DNA of 64,000 bases from Promethearchaeota archaeon (GTDB taxonomy: Archaea > Asgardarchaeota > Lokiarchaeia > Sigyniarchaeales > SOKP01). Below the pieces are notes generated by a model. It saw only the letters and a list, made by a program, of their open reading frames with translations, was not told where the DNA came from and did not search any database. A program made the position numbers and the translations under genes. Positions 1 to 10,023 of the stretch are shown here, piece after piece; position 1 is the first letter of the stretch; each line of letters begins with the position of its first letter. The stretch is taken from positions 32,001-96,000 of the forward strand of contig JAHPZE010000014.1 in NCBI GenBank assembly GCA_019058365.1, read 5' to 3'.

Positions 1-805
1 CACGAGAGATTCCTAAAAAATCTAATTTTGAATAAAATGGCTTATTTGGGGGAATTAAGTTATTCTTTATAAAAAATCTTAAATAATTTTCGAATAAATT
101 GTACCAAACAGCACTTAATTCCCTCAATTTAATAGGTAAATCAATTAAATTGATAAATGTATCGATGTCATAAATATAATCTTTTACATCTTTATCCAGA
201 TAAGTTTTAAAAACAATATTCTCTATATATAAATTGTTACATATCTGCTGAATACGTTCATAATCCTTCCCTGGTGAAGCCGTTAATCCTAGGATTAAAG
301 GATCTGTACAAGTACTAATATATTCTTCTGAAATAAAATTATACGCATAATTGCCTTTAGTTTTATGAGCTTCATCGAATATTATTAATGATACTTGACT
401 TAATTCGTATCTACCTCTCATCAAATCATTTTTAATTACTTGAGGTGTAGATACTATAATTCTTGAGCTTTGAAAGGATAAAACTCTTTTTTCTGGACTT
501 GTTTTCCCGGTAAATGAAGTAATTTCTTCTAACTCAATATCAAGGAACTTCTCACATGAAGCTCTATGTTGTGAAACTAACGGTCGTGTAGGAGCAAGAA
601 CAACAATTTTTGCTCTTGGATATTTTTTCAGACAATTAGACACTAATAAAATACCAATTATTGTTTTTCCTAAACCTGTTGGTAAAACCACTAAAGAATT
701 TTTATTTTTACAGCTATTAACAATATTATTTTGATAATCTCTCCAAATAATTTGATCTTTTTTTAAGAATGGTCCATTCAAATATTGCTTAGGCTCTTTA
801 GGCAT
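1..805 (-). CDS. hef: Hef/FANCM-like SF2 DEAH helicase, N-terminal part (runs off the window edge)
   Basis: Manual translation from ATG at 805: MPKEPKQYLNGPFLKKDQIIWRDYQ...NSLVVLPTGLGKT...VLAPTRPLVSQH...IIFDEAHK...LGLTASPG. These are motifs Q, I, Ia, II and III of Hef/Mph1. Not in the ORF track because it is truncated. Confidence 0.9.
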   Translation of the reverse strand, partial: MPKEPKQYLNGPFLKKDQIIWRDYQNNIVNSCKNKNSLVVLPTGLGKTIIGILLVSNCLKKYPRAKIVVLAPTRPLVSQHRASCEKFLDIELEEITSFTGKTSPEKRVLSFQSSRIIVSTPQVIKNDLMRGRYELSQVSLIIFDEAHKTKGNYAYNFISEEYISTCTDPLILGLTASPGKDYERIQQICNNLYIENIVFKTYLDKDVKDYIYDIDTFINLIDLPIKLRELSAVWYNLFENYLRFFIKNNLIPPNKPFYSKLDFLGISR

Positions 806-952
806 ATTAAGAATAACTGCAGATTAATTACTTTTAAAAATAATATCACTGAAAGATTTTTATAATATTATATTCACTTTTGATTAATAGAATCTATTTA
901 TTAATTTAGAAATAAGGCTAAAAATACCTTATCAATTAAGGATGAGCCAATT

Positions 953-1987
953 TTAATCCTTTTCAGCTGGGAAAAATAATATCTTTTTTTTTTTTTCTTG
1001 TCGTTTTATTAAATTCTTTCCTTCTAGCATTTTTAAAGTTAACACAATCCAGCCACGAGCAACTTGATGGAGAAATCTACTATCTTTAGGATAAATAGCT
1101 TTAACTATATCTTTTGGAGAAATTCCATTGTCTGAATTATCATAAATTATATTTAATACCTGTCTTTCTCTCGCTTTTCTATGTGATAATATCTCTGCTA
1201 TCCTTTCTTTAGGATGTTCTATAGGGCTTCCATGGGCAGCAAGTATTAATTTAAGATTAGGCAATTTCTGAATCGTTTCAATAGAGTTTATATAATCTGC
1301 TATATCACAATTTGGAGGTCCAAGCCAAGTAGTTATAGACCTTAGAATGTTATCTCCAGAAAATAAAATACCTTTTTCCTCACTATAAAGAGATATATGG
1401 TCAATAGCATGTCCTGGGGATGGAAAAATTTTCCAAATATCCTCATTTATACTAATTTCTGTGTTTTCATCAAGAATATCTTCTGGATCATCTATGTAAG
1501 AAACACCATATATTCGTTGATAAAACAATTTCGAACCAACATTTCTTAATACATTTATTATTCTTCGAGTTATGTTTTTCCTCACTCTTAGATAATCTTT
1601 GTATGCATCTGTTTCAAAGCTTTTAATGAAACTTTGTTTATCCTTTATAATTTCTGCGCTTTTTTTTGTGAGATAGACTTTTATTCCTAAAGTCTCTCTA
1701 ATTCTTTTTAAACCACTAAAATGATCGGGATGGCAATGAGATACGATGATTCTTGTAAGCTTAAACTCTTTATTTTGTTTTTTATATAATTCTTCTACTT
1801 TTTTTATTTCTGTAATTAAGTGCTTAACAACCTTTTTTGTACCATATCCAGCATCAAAAATGATACCATCTGAACCAGCTAACACATATATATTTTCTGG
1901 AGGTTTTATTGCTCCAGAAGTCCCTTTTTCCTTTATTAGAAAAATACCGGGATAAACTTCTTTCATGCAATTTGTATAATTTTTCAA
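953..1987 (-). CDS. MBL-fold metallo-hydrolase with C-terminal winged helix (LACTB2-like)
   Basis: SHCHPDH, PGHAIDH, FSGD and AHG motifs, plus a C-terminal wHTH-like segment. Start may be ATG at 1966. Confidence 0.85.
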   Translation of the reverse strand: MKNYTNCMKEVYPGIFLIKEKGTSGAIKPPENIYVLAGSDGIIFDAGYGTKKVVKHLITEIKKVEELYKKQNKEFKLTRIIVSHCHPDHFSGLKRIRETLGIKVYLTKKSAEIIKDKQSFIKSFETDAYKDYLRVRKNITRRIINVLRNVGSKLFYQRIYGVSYIDDPEDILDENTEISINEDIWKIFPSPGHAIDHISLYSEEKGILFSGDNILRSITTWLGPPNCDIADYINSIETIQKLPNLKLILAAHGSPIEHPKERIAEILSHRKARERQVLNIIYDNSDNGISPKDIVKAIYPKDSRFLHQVARGWIVLTLKMLEGKNLIKRQEKKKKILFFPAEKD

Positions 1988-2022
1988 AATATTTATTACT
2001 TGGTCTTATAAAGATTATAATT

Positions 2023-2571
2023 ATGCCGTATGCAATTGTTCTTACCTTTGATGAGGAAAGCAGTCTTACAATAACTCAAGTTTTTAAACGGTTTAAAGAC
2101 AAAAAGATTGGTACAATGTTTTTTGAGGAAAAAATAAAACCTCATATAACTTTAACAAATTTTGATAATATTAGCCCGGATATAGTTAAAGAAAGACTTA
2201 TCCTTTTTGGTATTGAAAATAAACCAATTAAAATTCAAATAAGTAGTATTGGATATTTTCCTTCGGAAGAAAGTGTACTTTTTTTAAATCCTAAAACATC
2301 AATAGAGTTATTCAATTTTCAACAAAAAGTTTTTAGACTCTTTAAAGAGTTTGAAACTGAAACTACTCCAACAACATGGATTCCGCATTGTACATTAGGA
2401 AAGTATATTCAAAAGAAAAATCTTGCTAAAGCAATTGATATAATCAAAGAAGAGATCGTAATGACAAGAGAAAAACCTTTTTACATCACTGGTGAAGCAA
2501 TTTCTTTTGTTAAATTTGAAAGAGATCCTCCGAAGATTGATTGGTGGCTAGATTATAAGCTTACAGAATGA
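2023..2571 (+). CDS. 2H phosphoesterase / 2'-5' RNA ligase family protein
   Basis: Two HxT motifs (PHITL, PHCTL). Start moved to ATG 2023 (MPYAIVLTFD) to avoid overlap with the divergent gene. Confidence 0.85.
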   Translation: MPYAIVLTFDEESSLTITQVFKRFKDKKIGTMFFEEKIKPHITLTNFDNISPDIVKERLILFGIENKPIKIQISSIGYFPSEESVLFLNPKTSIELFNFQQKVFRLFKEFETETTPTTWIPHCTLGKYIQKKNLAKAIDIIKEEIVMTREKPFYITGEAISFVKFERDPPKIDWWLDYKLTE

Positions 2572-2687
2572 AGCTATGCACAATACAGAAAAATTTTATT
2601 GGATTAACTCTAATTCGTGTATATTTAAATTATAGAGTTTCTTTTTTTACTTTATAAATAATTCGATAAAATAACTGATAAACTATA

Positions 2688-3098
2688 ATGTATTGTACTA
2701 ATTGTGGTTCAGAAATACCTGACGAGGCAAAGTTTTGTCCTTTTTGTGCAAAACCAATTGGTAGTTCCAGTAGCCCTCCTATTCAACCAATACCACCAAC
2801 ACAAGCACCATATCAAGCAACCCCTTATACCCCTTCAAAACCAAAAAAAACTACAGGTGGAGCTGCAGTTGCAGTTCTTCTTGTTGTAGTAGTCGGAATT
2901 ATATTAATTTTTTTTGGAACACAGATAATGTTTGGAACACCCACTACAGGAATAAGCTTACTTATCATAGGTGCTGTTATGATTTGTTGCATAAGTTCTA
3001 CTGTATGTGGATCTGGAAAACATCGAGGAGGATCATGTGGTGGTGGGGGAGGGTGTGATTGTAGTGGTTGCGATTGTGGCGATTGTGATTGTTCATAA
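2688..3098 (+). CDS. Zinc-ribbon membrane protein with Pro-rich linker, 2 TM helices and Cys/Asp/Gly-rich tail
   Basis: YCTNCG..FCPFCA, PPIQPIPP linker, two hydrophobic segments, tail CGGGGGCDCSGCDCGDCDCS. Confidence 0.8.
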   Translation: MYCTNCGSEIPDEAKFCPFCAKPIGSSSSPPIQPIPPTQAPYQATPYTPSKPKKTTGGAAVAVLLVVVVGIILIFFGTQIMFGTPTTGISLLIIGAVMICCISSTVCGSGKHRGGSCGGGGGCDCSGCDCGDCDCS

Positions 3099-3188
3099 TT
3101 ATATATTTCCCAGTAATTAAGAGAAACCAATCTCTATTTTGCAGTTAAATTATCATTCGATTATTCACGATTAAAATTAAACAGAAAG

Positions 3189-3698
3189 ATGCATAACCAA
3201 AAAAAAGAGATTCAAGAGGAAAAGAAGATAATAATCAGTTGGTTAGCACATCATAATCCAAATCGTCTAGATTTCAATGATCATGTATTTTATTTATTTA
3301 ACCATGCAATTTGTATAGGATGTTTTTCTTTTGGCTTAGGTGCCATAGTCGCTTTAATATTTTGCAATATATTTTATTTTTACATAATAAATTTTATTAG
3401 TTTGCCGATAATTTTCATGATTTTTTTGTTTTGCTGGATCCCTTCAATTTTGCAATATTCAATTCAAATTGCACAAAATAAACCTTTTAAAAATCGAAAA
3501 ATCAAATTTCTGTGTCGTTTTCTTTATCCGATTGGGAGTATCATACTTATATTTAAAACGCCATTTTGGGGGCTATGTATTTCAATTGCTGCTGGTTATA
3601 TGATTATAGTTATTAGAAAGATATTTTATAAAAATAAAACATTACTCTCAAAACGTAATCTTAGAAATAAAGAAATAAATTCTGCTCAGGAAATTTAA
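3189..3698 (+). CDS. DUF2085-like membrane protein
   Basis: HH..R..H...ICIGC motif followed by about 4 TM segments. Confidence 0.55.
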   Translation: MHNQKKEIQEEKKIIISWLAHHNPNRLDFNDHVFYLFNHAICIGCFSFGLGAIVALIFCNIFYFYIINFISLPIIFMIFLFCWIPSILQYSIQIAQNKPFKNRKIKFLCRFLYPIGSIILIFKTPFWGLCISIAAGYMIIVIRKIFYKNKTLLSKRNLRNKEINSAQEI

Positions 3699-3773
3699 AT
3701 ATATCCAAAAGAGCTAAGAGAAGGAACTATAAAAAAAAAGAAAAGATAGATTTAATAAATTTTTCTATTACCT

Positions 3774-3983
3774 TTAGAAGTATTTAATTGCTAAAAGAAT
3801 GTCATCCCGAGTTATTTTCTTGCGTTTAGCGTGTTTCGTTAAGGATAAAGCAGTTTTTGTAATTTTGGTAGCAGAAGTACTCATCCAATCAACTAATTCA
3901 TCTACTGCATCACGGGCAACGATAAGGGCACCATTGTGTTTCATTAATCTTCTAATAGGACTCCAACTAATATATTCTGACAT
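3774..3983 (-). CDS. Archaeal histone (HMf-like histone fold)
   Basis: SPIRRLMK..GA.IVARDAV...HAKRKKITRDDI histone-fold signature. GGAGG Shine-Dalgarno upstream (3993-3997). Confidence 0.93.
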   Translation of the reverse strand: MSEYISWSPIRRLMKHNGALIVARDAVDELVDWMSTSATKITKTALSLTKHAKRKKITRDDILLAIKYF

Positions 3984-4544
3984 AATAATTTTCCTCCACG
4001 TTTTTTTATTTTTGGTTAATTTAGTTAACCAATTCTTATTTTTGGTTTTAAGTTTAAGTTTAAGTTTTTGATTAAATTAAATTAACTATATATACAAAGA
4101 TCTTTTATATATTTAAAGATTTTTATTCATATCTAGTGTAATAGGAAAAAAAATTAAAAAAGATCAAACGACAAAATTCGAAATTATAAAAATAATCAAT
4201 CTCGTGTAAGTTAGAACATTTTTATGGAATTTCGATTTTTGTTGAAATTTGAGAACATATAATATTATTTCCTATCTGTAGTTTGTTAAAAAATTAATAA
4301 AGATGAAATTGGAAAGGATAGGGAAAATTTATTCAAATTGTGAAACGTTATACTAATAAATTTTTGAAGATTTGCTATATGATGTTTTTTAAAAATTGAG
4401 AGCAAATTAGTCATTAAAATTAAATTTTTTAATAATATTTATAATAAAAAAGATTTAACTCAATTTAAACCATGACAACTTAATTGATTTTAAATTGAAA
4501 AGAAAAATCCAATTACCTATTTCCAATTTGCAGTTAAAATAATA

Positions 4545-4988
4545 TCAATATCTTGGTAATTCTTTGGTCTCTTGATAATAGGATTCAATACCTATTTTTT
4601 TTATTCGATTATTGATTTGTGTCCATCTTCGCTTAAGATGGGAATCAAAATTAGTTTTTTCACACGGAAACTCATCACATTGAAAACAATAATCAATTCC
4701 TTTATTTTTATAGCAATCCCTTACTCCACAGTCAGGATATAAGCATGAACCTTTCCTACACCCCGGACAGTTCTCTTTTGTTAAATATGTGAGTAACGCC
4801 TTGAAAGAAGGGTATTCTTTAAATATAGGAAGAAATGAGGAGAATCTTTCAGCGTATATATCGAATGACCCTAAGAAATTTTGAAGCTTTATACTAGTTT
4901 TTCTTATTCCTCCTTCAGAGTTGGCAAAGTATTTAGAACAATTAAGACCACATGGAGCAATTTTATTTAATATATCTTTATATTCCAT
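4545..4988 (-). CDS. DUF3795 Cys-rich protein
   Basis: APCGLNC, CPGCR, C..RDC...KGIDYCFQCDEFPC pattern. Confidence 0.8.
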   Translation of the reverse strand: MEYKDILNKIAPCGLNCSKYFANSEGGIRKTSIKLQNFLGSFDIYAERFSSFLPIFKEYPSFKALLTYLTKENCPGCRKGSCLYPDCGVRDCYKNKGIDYCFQCDEFPCEKTNFDSHLKRRWTQINNRIKKIGIESYYQETKELPRY

Positions 4989-4997
4989 TTTTATACC

Positions 4998-6416
4998 TTA
5001 TTTCATGTTTTTTCTTATTTTATAGCGTTCTTTTTTACTTAAAACAAAACTTCTTAACCTGCTAGCAGTATAATCCTTTAAATCATTGATCATCCGAATA
5101 ACTGCTCGAGTGAGAGGTTGATAACTTTCTTGGTGGATTTGATCTAACGTATCGGCAGTATCAAATAAATATGGAGGAGCTGTTAAAAATGATATGAAAG
5201 GAATTCCTTCTAGATGATAAAAGCCCCCATCTGTAGGAGGGTTGTCTCTTCCAGGAGGAAATCCATCAGGGGGTAGTAAAATAGAGCGTTGTAAGTTTTC
5301 ATGTATTATAGCATCTTCAACAATTTCTTCGAGAGGTAATATTCGACTTACAAACCACCAACGTACGGTAGGATCATCTAATGGAACTAATTTTCCGTTT
5401 TCACTTTTTACGTCGCGAGCAACGTGTTCTAAATGAATCCCAACAACCACCTTGTTCAAAAATTCTTTATTTTTTTCTACAAAAGTTAATGCCCCTTTTC
5501 CTCCAGCCATATGTGCACAATTCATTAGAAATAATAAATTGAATGGACGCTGTTCTTTAGGAATTTGAGACCAATATTTTGTTTGAGCCAGTACTAATGT
5601 CATTCCTGATGCATCCTCTACTGCGGAGTTCCAGGGGCCATCATGGTGAGTACCTATAATAATCCATTCGTCAGACATTCCTTCTAAAGAGCCTGTAATG
5701 TTATGGGAAATAGCCTCAGATATTGTAGCTTTATATGACAATCTAGCTCTCACTGTGCCTTTTTTAATTAATTCTAATATTATATTTCCGTTATTTCGAC
5801 TAACGTAAACCCCTGGGATATCTCTTTCAACAGCATCATAAGGAACATAGTACTTATCTGTTTCCCAAGGGTAACCTGAGAGAATTCCAATAAATCCAGC
5901 TAGATTGTCTCTCAATTTAGGTTCTAAGAATGCACGCATTTTATAATCAAAAGGAACTGTTTGGTCTAAATTATCAAATTCATTCTTAGGATCATAAAAT
6001 CGATCTATCCCAGATAAAGATTTTAATGTCTTGATGGGAAACGTAAGTAAATTTAATTCTGAAACAGCAATCTTACCTGATATTAACATGTTGTCTGAAA
6101 CCATGCATAATTCTGCTTCGAGATCGTGTACTGGTGTAGTATAAGGTATAGGGAAACAAGGTATATCATACATATCGTTAGGACTATCAACCAGCCAAAC
6201 TTTAAGTTTGGTTTCATTAGCTTCCCATTTTTTTACTTCTACAGGATCAAGAGTAATGTCTTGTAAACCCATTCTTTCAAATTGCTTTTTCACCCAATTT
6301 TCTGCCCAATAATCAGCAGGGTAGCCTGGACGTCGAATACCTTGTTTGAATATTTTTGAAGTCCAACTCATCATTTCTGCCGTTGAAGGCACTAATTCCT
6401 TTTTCAATGAACTCAT
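4998..6416 (-). CDS. M28-family (PA domain) metallopeptidase-like protein
   Basis: IIIGTHHDG...AVEDASG, PA-like insert (IPGVYVS), C-terminal DTLD. Confidence 0.7.
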   Translation of the reverse strand: MSSLKKELVPSTAEMMSWTSKIFKQGIRRPGYPADYWAENWVKKQFERMGLQDITLDPVEVKKWEANETKLKVWLVDSPNDMYDIPCFPIPYTTPVHDLEAELCMVSDNMLISGKIAVSELNLLTFPIKTLKSLSGIDRFYDPKNEFDNLDQTVPFDYKMRAFLEPKLRDNLAGFIGILSGYPWETDKYYVPYDAVERDIPGVYVSRNNGNIILELIKKGTVRARLSYKATISEAISHNITGSLEGMSDEWIIIGTHHDGPWNSAVEDASGMTLVLAQTKYWSQIPKEQRPFNLLFLMNCAHMAGGKGALTFVEKNKEFLNKVVVGIHLEHVARDVKSENGKLVPLDDPTVRWWFVSRILPLEEIVEDAIIHENLQRSILLPPDGFPPGRDNPPTDGGFYHLEGIPFISFLTAPPYLFDTADTLDQIHQESYQPLTRAVIRMINDLKDYTASRLRSFVLSKKERYKIRKNMK

Positions 6417-6493
6417 GATTTTTACTTTTATTAAGAAGAAGTCAAATATACAAATTTAGAATAATATAAATTAAATAAATTTGAGTATTTATT

Positions 6494-7492
6494 TTAATAA
6501 TCTTGCCAAACGATTTGTTCGTTATTACATTTACTACATACAATTGAATTTCCTTGATTTGGAAAATAAGGGAGAATTGCTCCACAATACCGGCACTCTA
6601 AATCAAAAATTTGATCTTTTGATTTTATTATCCCTTTCGATAAAATTGCTTCTTTAAACTCATTTGAGAGCAAAGTTAAAAAAGAGACTAAGAGATAATG
6701 ATTAAAAGAACTAGCTATTATTTCCACTTTATTCGAAGAAATTTGCCCAATCGCGAGGATATCTTCTTTTATGATAGATTCAGTTCCAAAATACCACAAA
6801 ATTTTTTTCTCTACATCCTTAGCGACTAACTGAAAATTATTAAGTAAAAAGATTTGTTCTAAAAGATTAAAATAAATTTCAGAATCAATCATGTGTTCAA
6901 TCCCTACACCCAAACTCTTAATTGCTTTTTTAATTCCAGGGGTTTGAGAGAAATCTCTAATGAAACTAGAGGGAACCACCTTAGGTTCAATAGATATATT
7001 ATCAATGGTTATTTCTGCAGGTCTACTATCAAGAACTCGTATAGTATCCTTATTATTAACATATGTAATAATTGTTCTTATTTCTCCTTTCCTATCTAAA
7101 GCATTTGGTAAAAGGTGTAAATGGACTTGCTTATTACTTTTCTCATTTAATTCATCGAACTCTAGAGTTAATTGATTAGAATCTTTATTAGGAATCAAGC
7201 TAGGAAGACTATTCATAGGGGGGTAACACCTTGAAAGTGTTAAGAAATGAGGAATTTTTACTTTAATTTTTAATTCTGTTATGGGGGCTAAACTTTGGTT
7301 ATCTATAATTATTGAGTATTGAAAATGACTTCCAAATGGTTGAAAATTGTTAGCAAGTTTGATTTTGTCTTCTTGGTCAATCTTTTCAAATGAATAGTTA
7401 TGAATCGCCTTTCTATCTTCATCCGTTTTAGTTTTAAAGTAAACTAAATCATGAGGTTCATATGGACTTTTAGCATTCTCTTTTTTAGCCAT
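6494..7492 (-). CDS. Hypothetical protein: Ig-like sandwich + alpha/beta platform-like domain + C-terminal zinc ribbon
   Basis: Beta-strand pattern in residues ~55-165, then IEPKVVPSSFIRDF, and C-terminal CRYC...CSKC. Confidence 0.6.
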   Translation of the reverse strand: MAKKENAKSPYEPHDLVYFKTKTDEDRKAIHNYSFEKIDQEDKIKLANNFQPFGSHFQYSIIIDNQSLAPITELKIKVKIPHFLTLSRCYPPMNSLPSLIPNKDSNQLTLEFDELNEKSNKQVHLHLLPNALDRKGEIRTIITYVNNKDTIRVLDSRPAEITIDNISIEPKVVPSSFIRDFSQTPGIKKAIKSLGVGIEHMIDSEIYFNLLEQIFLLNNFQLVAKDVEKKILWYFGTESIIKEDILAIGQISSNKVEIIASSFNHYLLVSFLTLLSNEFKEAILSKGIIKSKDQIFDLECRYCGAILPYFPNQGNSIVCSKCNNEQIVWQDY

Positions 7493-7609
7493 TTTATTTT
7501 ACAAAAATTTCAATTTATGGATATCTTATTCGAATTTTCGGGATTTAGATAATTAATAAAATTACATTCTGATTTATATCTTTTTTTTTCTTATATTAAT
7601 TAATTATAC

Positions 7610-8296
7610 TTGAGTGTAACAATGTTTGAAGAATTAGAAACATTATTTGAGAGCCCTACGATTAAACCTTCATTTGAGACCGTCCATGTTATTTTAGCTT
7701 TATTCATATTTGAGGATAATAAGGACGGAATTGGTAGATATCGCTTACAAAAAGAATTGTTAATTGGTTCCGGTACAGCAAGATCTCTTATCAAAAAATT
7801 GAATCATGTTACAAAATTTATTAGGGTCTTAACTGATGAAAATAAAAGAAAAGGTCATATTCTCACTAAAAGTGGTTTTGAATTTTTGAAAAAGCTAAAA
7901 CAAAAAATCCTACTAATAGAGGAAGGGGAACCATCGATACTTAAAGATATAATTATCAAACCAGAAGGAAATCATATTTTTTTTTGTTTAGTACGGGAGG
8001 CAATTGAAAAAATATCAAACGGTATTGAACAAAGAGATGCAGCTATAAAAATTGGGGGTGTTGGAGCAACTTGTTTACTCTTTAACGGTAAAAATTTAAT
8101 TTTCCCTTCTCTTAGTTATGATTATGATGAAAAAGGACAAGAAAGAGTTGATGAGGAGATATTTGAGTACATTTACACCCTTATTAAAAAGAATAATTAC
8201 AATTTAAAAGAAAATGATGTTATCATAATAGGTTTAGGTAAAAATCCAGAAAAAGCACGCTTAGCTGCATTAAATGCTGCTTTAACAATATTATAA
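7610..8296 (+). CDS. DUF4443-like winged-helix protein
   Basis: GIGRYRLQKELLIGSGTARSLI HTH and GIEQRDAAIKIGG.GAT motif. Confidence 0.75.
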   Translation: MSVTMFEELETLFESPTIKPSFETVHVILALFIFEDNKDGIGRYRLQKELLIGSGTARSLIKKLNHVTKFIRVLTDENKRKGHILTKSGFEFLKKLKQKILLIEEGEPSILKDIIIKPEGNHIFFCLVREAIEKISNGIEQRDAAIKIGGVGATCLLFNGKNLIFPSLSYDYDEKGQERVDEEIFEYIYTLIKKNNYNLKENDVIIIGLGKNPEKARLAALNAALTIL

Positions 8297-8320
8297 TATT
8301 AGGGGTTAGATATATATCAC

Positions 8321-8806
8321 GTGAGATTTGAGAAAGATATAATCCTATTTATTAATAAAAATCTTTTTGAGGAAATAAAACTTTGTGTTGAGAAAGCTTC
8401 CCCTAATGAAGCTTGTGGATTAATTTTTGGTAAAATTCAAGAACAACAAAAACCAAATAGCGAAGATGAATATTCTTATTATTATTATGGTTATAAATTT
8501 GAGTGTATTGAATCTTCATATAAAAGTCCAATTGCATTTTTAATGGATGATTATATGAAATTAATAGATATTTCTAAAAAATATTCTAAAAATTTTCAAC
8601 TCCTAAGTATTTTTCATTCTCATCCTGGAAGTGCTTATCCAAGTGGTGTAGATATACCATATATGAAAAAATATTATGAAAGCGGTATTAATAAGTTTAA
8701 ACATTTAATTTGGACTATTATTAATGCTAAAAGTAAAGAACTAAATGGGTATATATTTATTTTAAATGAACTTAAACAAATTTCAGTTCAATTTAAAGAA
8801 AATTGA
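8321..8806 (+). CDS. JAMM/MPN+ (Mov34) metalloprotease
   Basis: PNEACGLIFG ... FHSHPGSAYPSGVD matches the E-x(n)-HSH-x(7)-S-x2-D-type JAMM motif. Confidence 0.9.
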   Translation: MRFEKDIILFINKNLFEEIKLCVEKASPNEACGLIFGKIQEQQKPNSEDEYSYYYYGYKFECIESSYKSPIAFLMDDYMKLIDISKKYSKNFQLLSIFHSHPGSAYPSGVDIPYMKKYYESGINKFKHLIWTIINAKSKELNGYIFILNELKQISVQFKEN

Positions 8807-8822
8807 TATTAAAAGAAGCAAT

Positions 8823-9464
8823 TTACTGGATTTGGTTGAAACCATTCTTATCAATAGTACAAATTTGAAGTTCGTGTCCAGAACCAGCATCCCTCTCTTT
8901 TGAACTAGTTATAGCTGTTTTTAAAAGTTCAATACCTTTAGCTTTAGCCAAGTTTGCTTTCCAATCAGATTCTAAAACACCAAGACTAAAAGGACTACCA
9001 CTTCCAAAAGAGATATATTCATTTTCTTCATAAAGCGTACCAAGTAAGTCAATCCCATAGAGTTTCCCCGTTTTTTCTGTCAGAGAGTAACCACCTACGA
9101 TCATCATAGCAATGAAATAACTTCTACCACTGAATAATATATTCCGACAAATGCTAGCTACATATTTTGGTTCTGGCACTTTTCTTTCTTCAACTTCTTT
9201 TAAACGAGATAAGGCACGTAGCTGATTAACTACGTACTGGCAGTCCGCGACACCCCCAGCAATTGTAGCTGCAGTATAATTATTTATTTCAAATAACTTC
9301 TGGGCCTGTTTAGACGCTATAAAAGTACCACCCGTTGCTTGTGATTCAGTACCAATAACTACACCATCTTTTACAATTATTCCAACTGTCGTTGTACCGG
9401 TTTGTAGTATTTTTTCGATTCGGTCTTGATCCAGTTGGTTTAATTTATTGTTATTTTCCATCAT
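8823..9464 (-). CDS. psmB: Proteasome subunit beta
   Basis: Propeptide followed by TG/TTTVG, with GSGS and RDAGSG motifs. Confidence 0.95.
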   Translation of the reverse strand: MMENNNKLNQLDQDRIEKILQTGTTTVGIIVKDGVVIGTESQATGGTFIASKQAQKLFEINNYTAATIAGGVADCQYVVNQLRALSRLKEVEERKVPEPKYVASICRNILFSGRSYFIAMMIVGGYSLTEKTGKLYGIDLLGTLYEENEYISFGSGSPFSLGVLESDWKANLAKAKGIELLKTAITSSKERDAGSGHELQICTIDKNGFNQIQ

Positions 9465-9645
9465 CTTGCTGTGAAATAATGTCTGTATTAATATATAGCT
9501 TAATAAATGATATATAATAAATAAAAATTTGTTCTATATTTACTTTATCTTAATAAATCATAATTTAATGATATTAATCAAAAAATTTTAAAGATATTCT
9601 TTCTTATCTCACCTATTAAATTGGAATAAATTTGGCAATTATTTT

Positions 9646-10023
9646 ATGGCAAGAAGTCAAGCACGAAGTAAACGAAAATACACCGGAAAAAAATATAGAT
9701 ATTTTAGAAAGAAAAGAAAAAGAGAACTTGAACGTCCGAGAATTGATACTACCATCGGTGAAGAAAAGAAGAAGAAACAACGTGTTTTAGGCGGTAATAT
9801 AAAGGTTAAATTGTTTTCTACAAAATTTATTAATATAACAGATCCAAGCACGAATAAGACTTCAAAAGTAAAAATCTTACGATTTGAAAGCAATCAAGCT
9901 TCGAAGGATTTGAATCGAAGACATATCTTAACTAAAGGAGCAATTGTTGAAACTGAACTAGGCAATGCAAAAATAACAAGTCGTCCAGGTCAATCCGGAA
10001 CGATGAATGGTGTTCTCATTTAA
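9646..10023 (+). CDS. rps8e: 30S ribosomal protein S8e
   Basis: RKYTGKKYRYFRKKRKRE ... LTKGAIVETELGNAKITSRPGQSG. Confidence 0.97.
   Translation: MARSQARSKRKYTGKKYRYFRKKRKRELERPRIDTTIGEEKKKKQRVLGGNIKVKLFSTKFINITDPSTNKTSKVKILRFESNQASKDLNRRHILTKGAIVETELGNAKITSRPGQSGTMNGVLI

Noticed and set aside
1909-2022. N-terminal extension of the 2H phosphoesterase ORF
   Set aside because: It overlaps the divergent MBL gene, and the domain begins at ATG 2023.
4120-4544. Possible ncRNA or replication origin in the long AT-rich intergenic region
   Set aside because: No GC-rich stems, no ORB-like repeats and no adjacent cdc6/orc1 were recognised.
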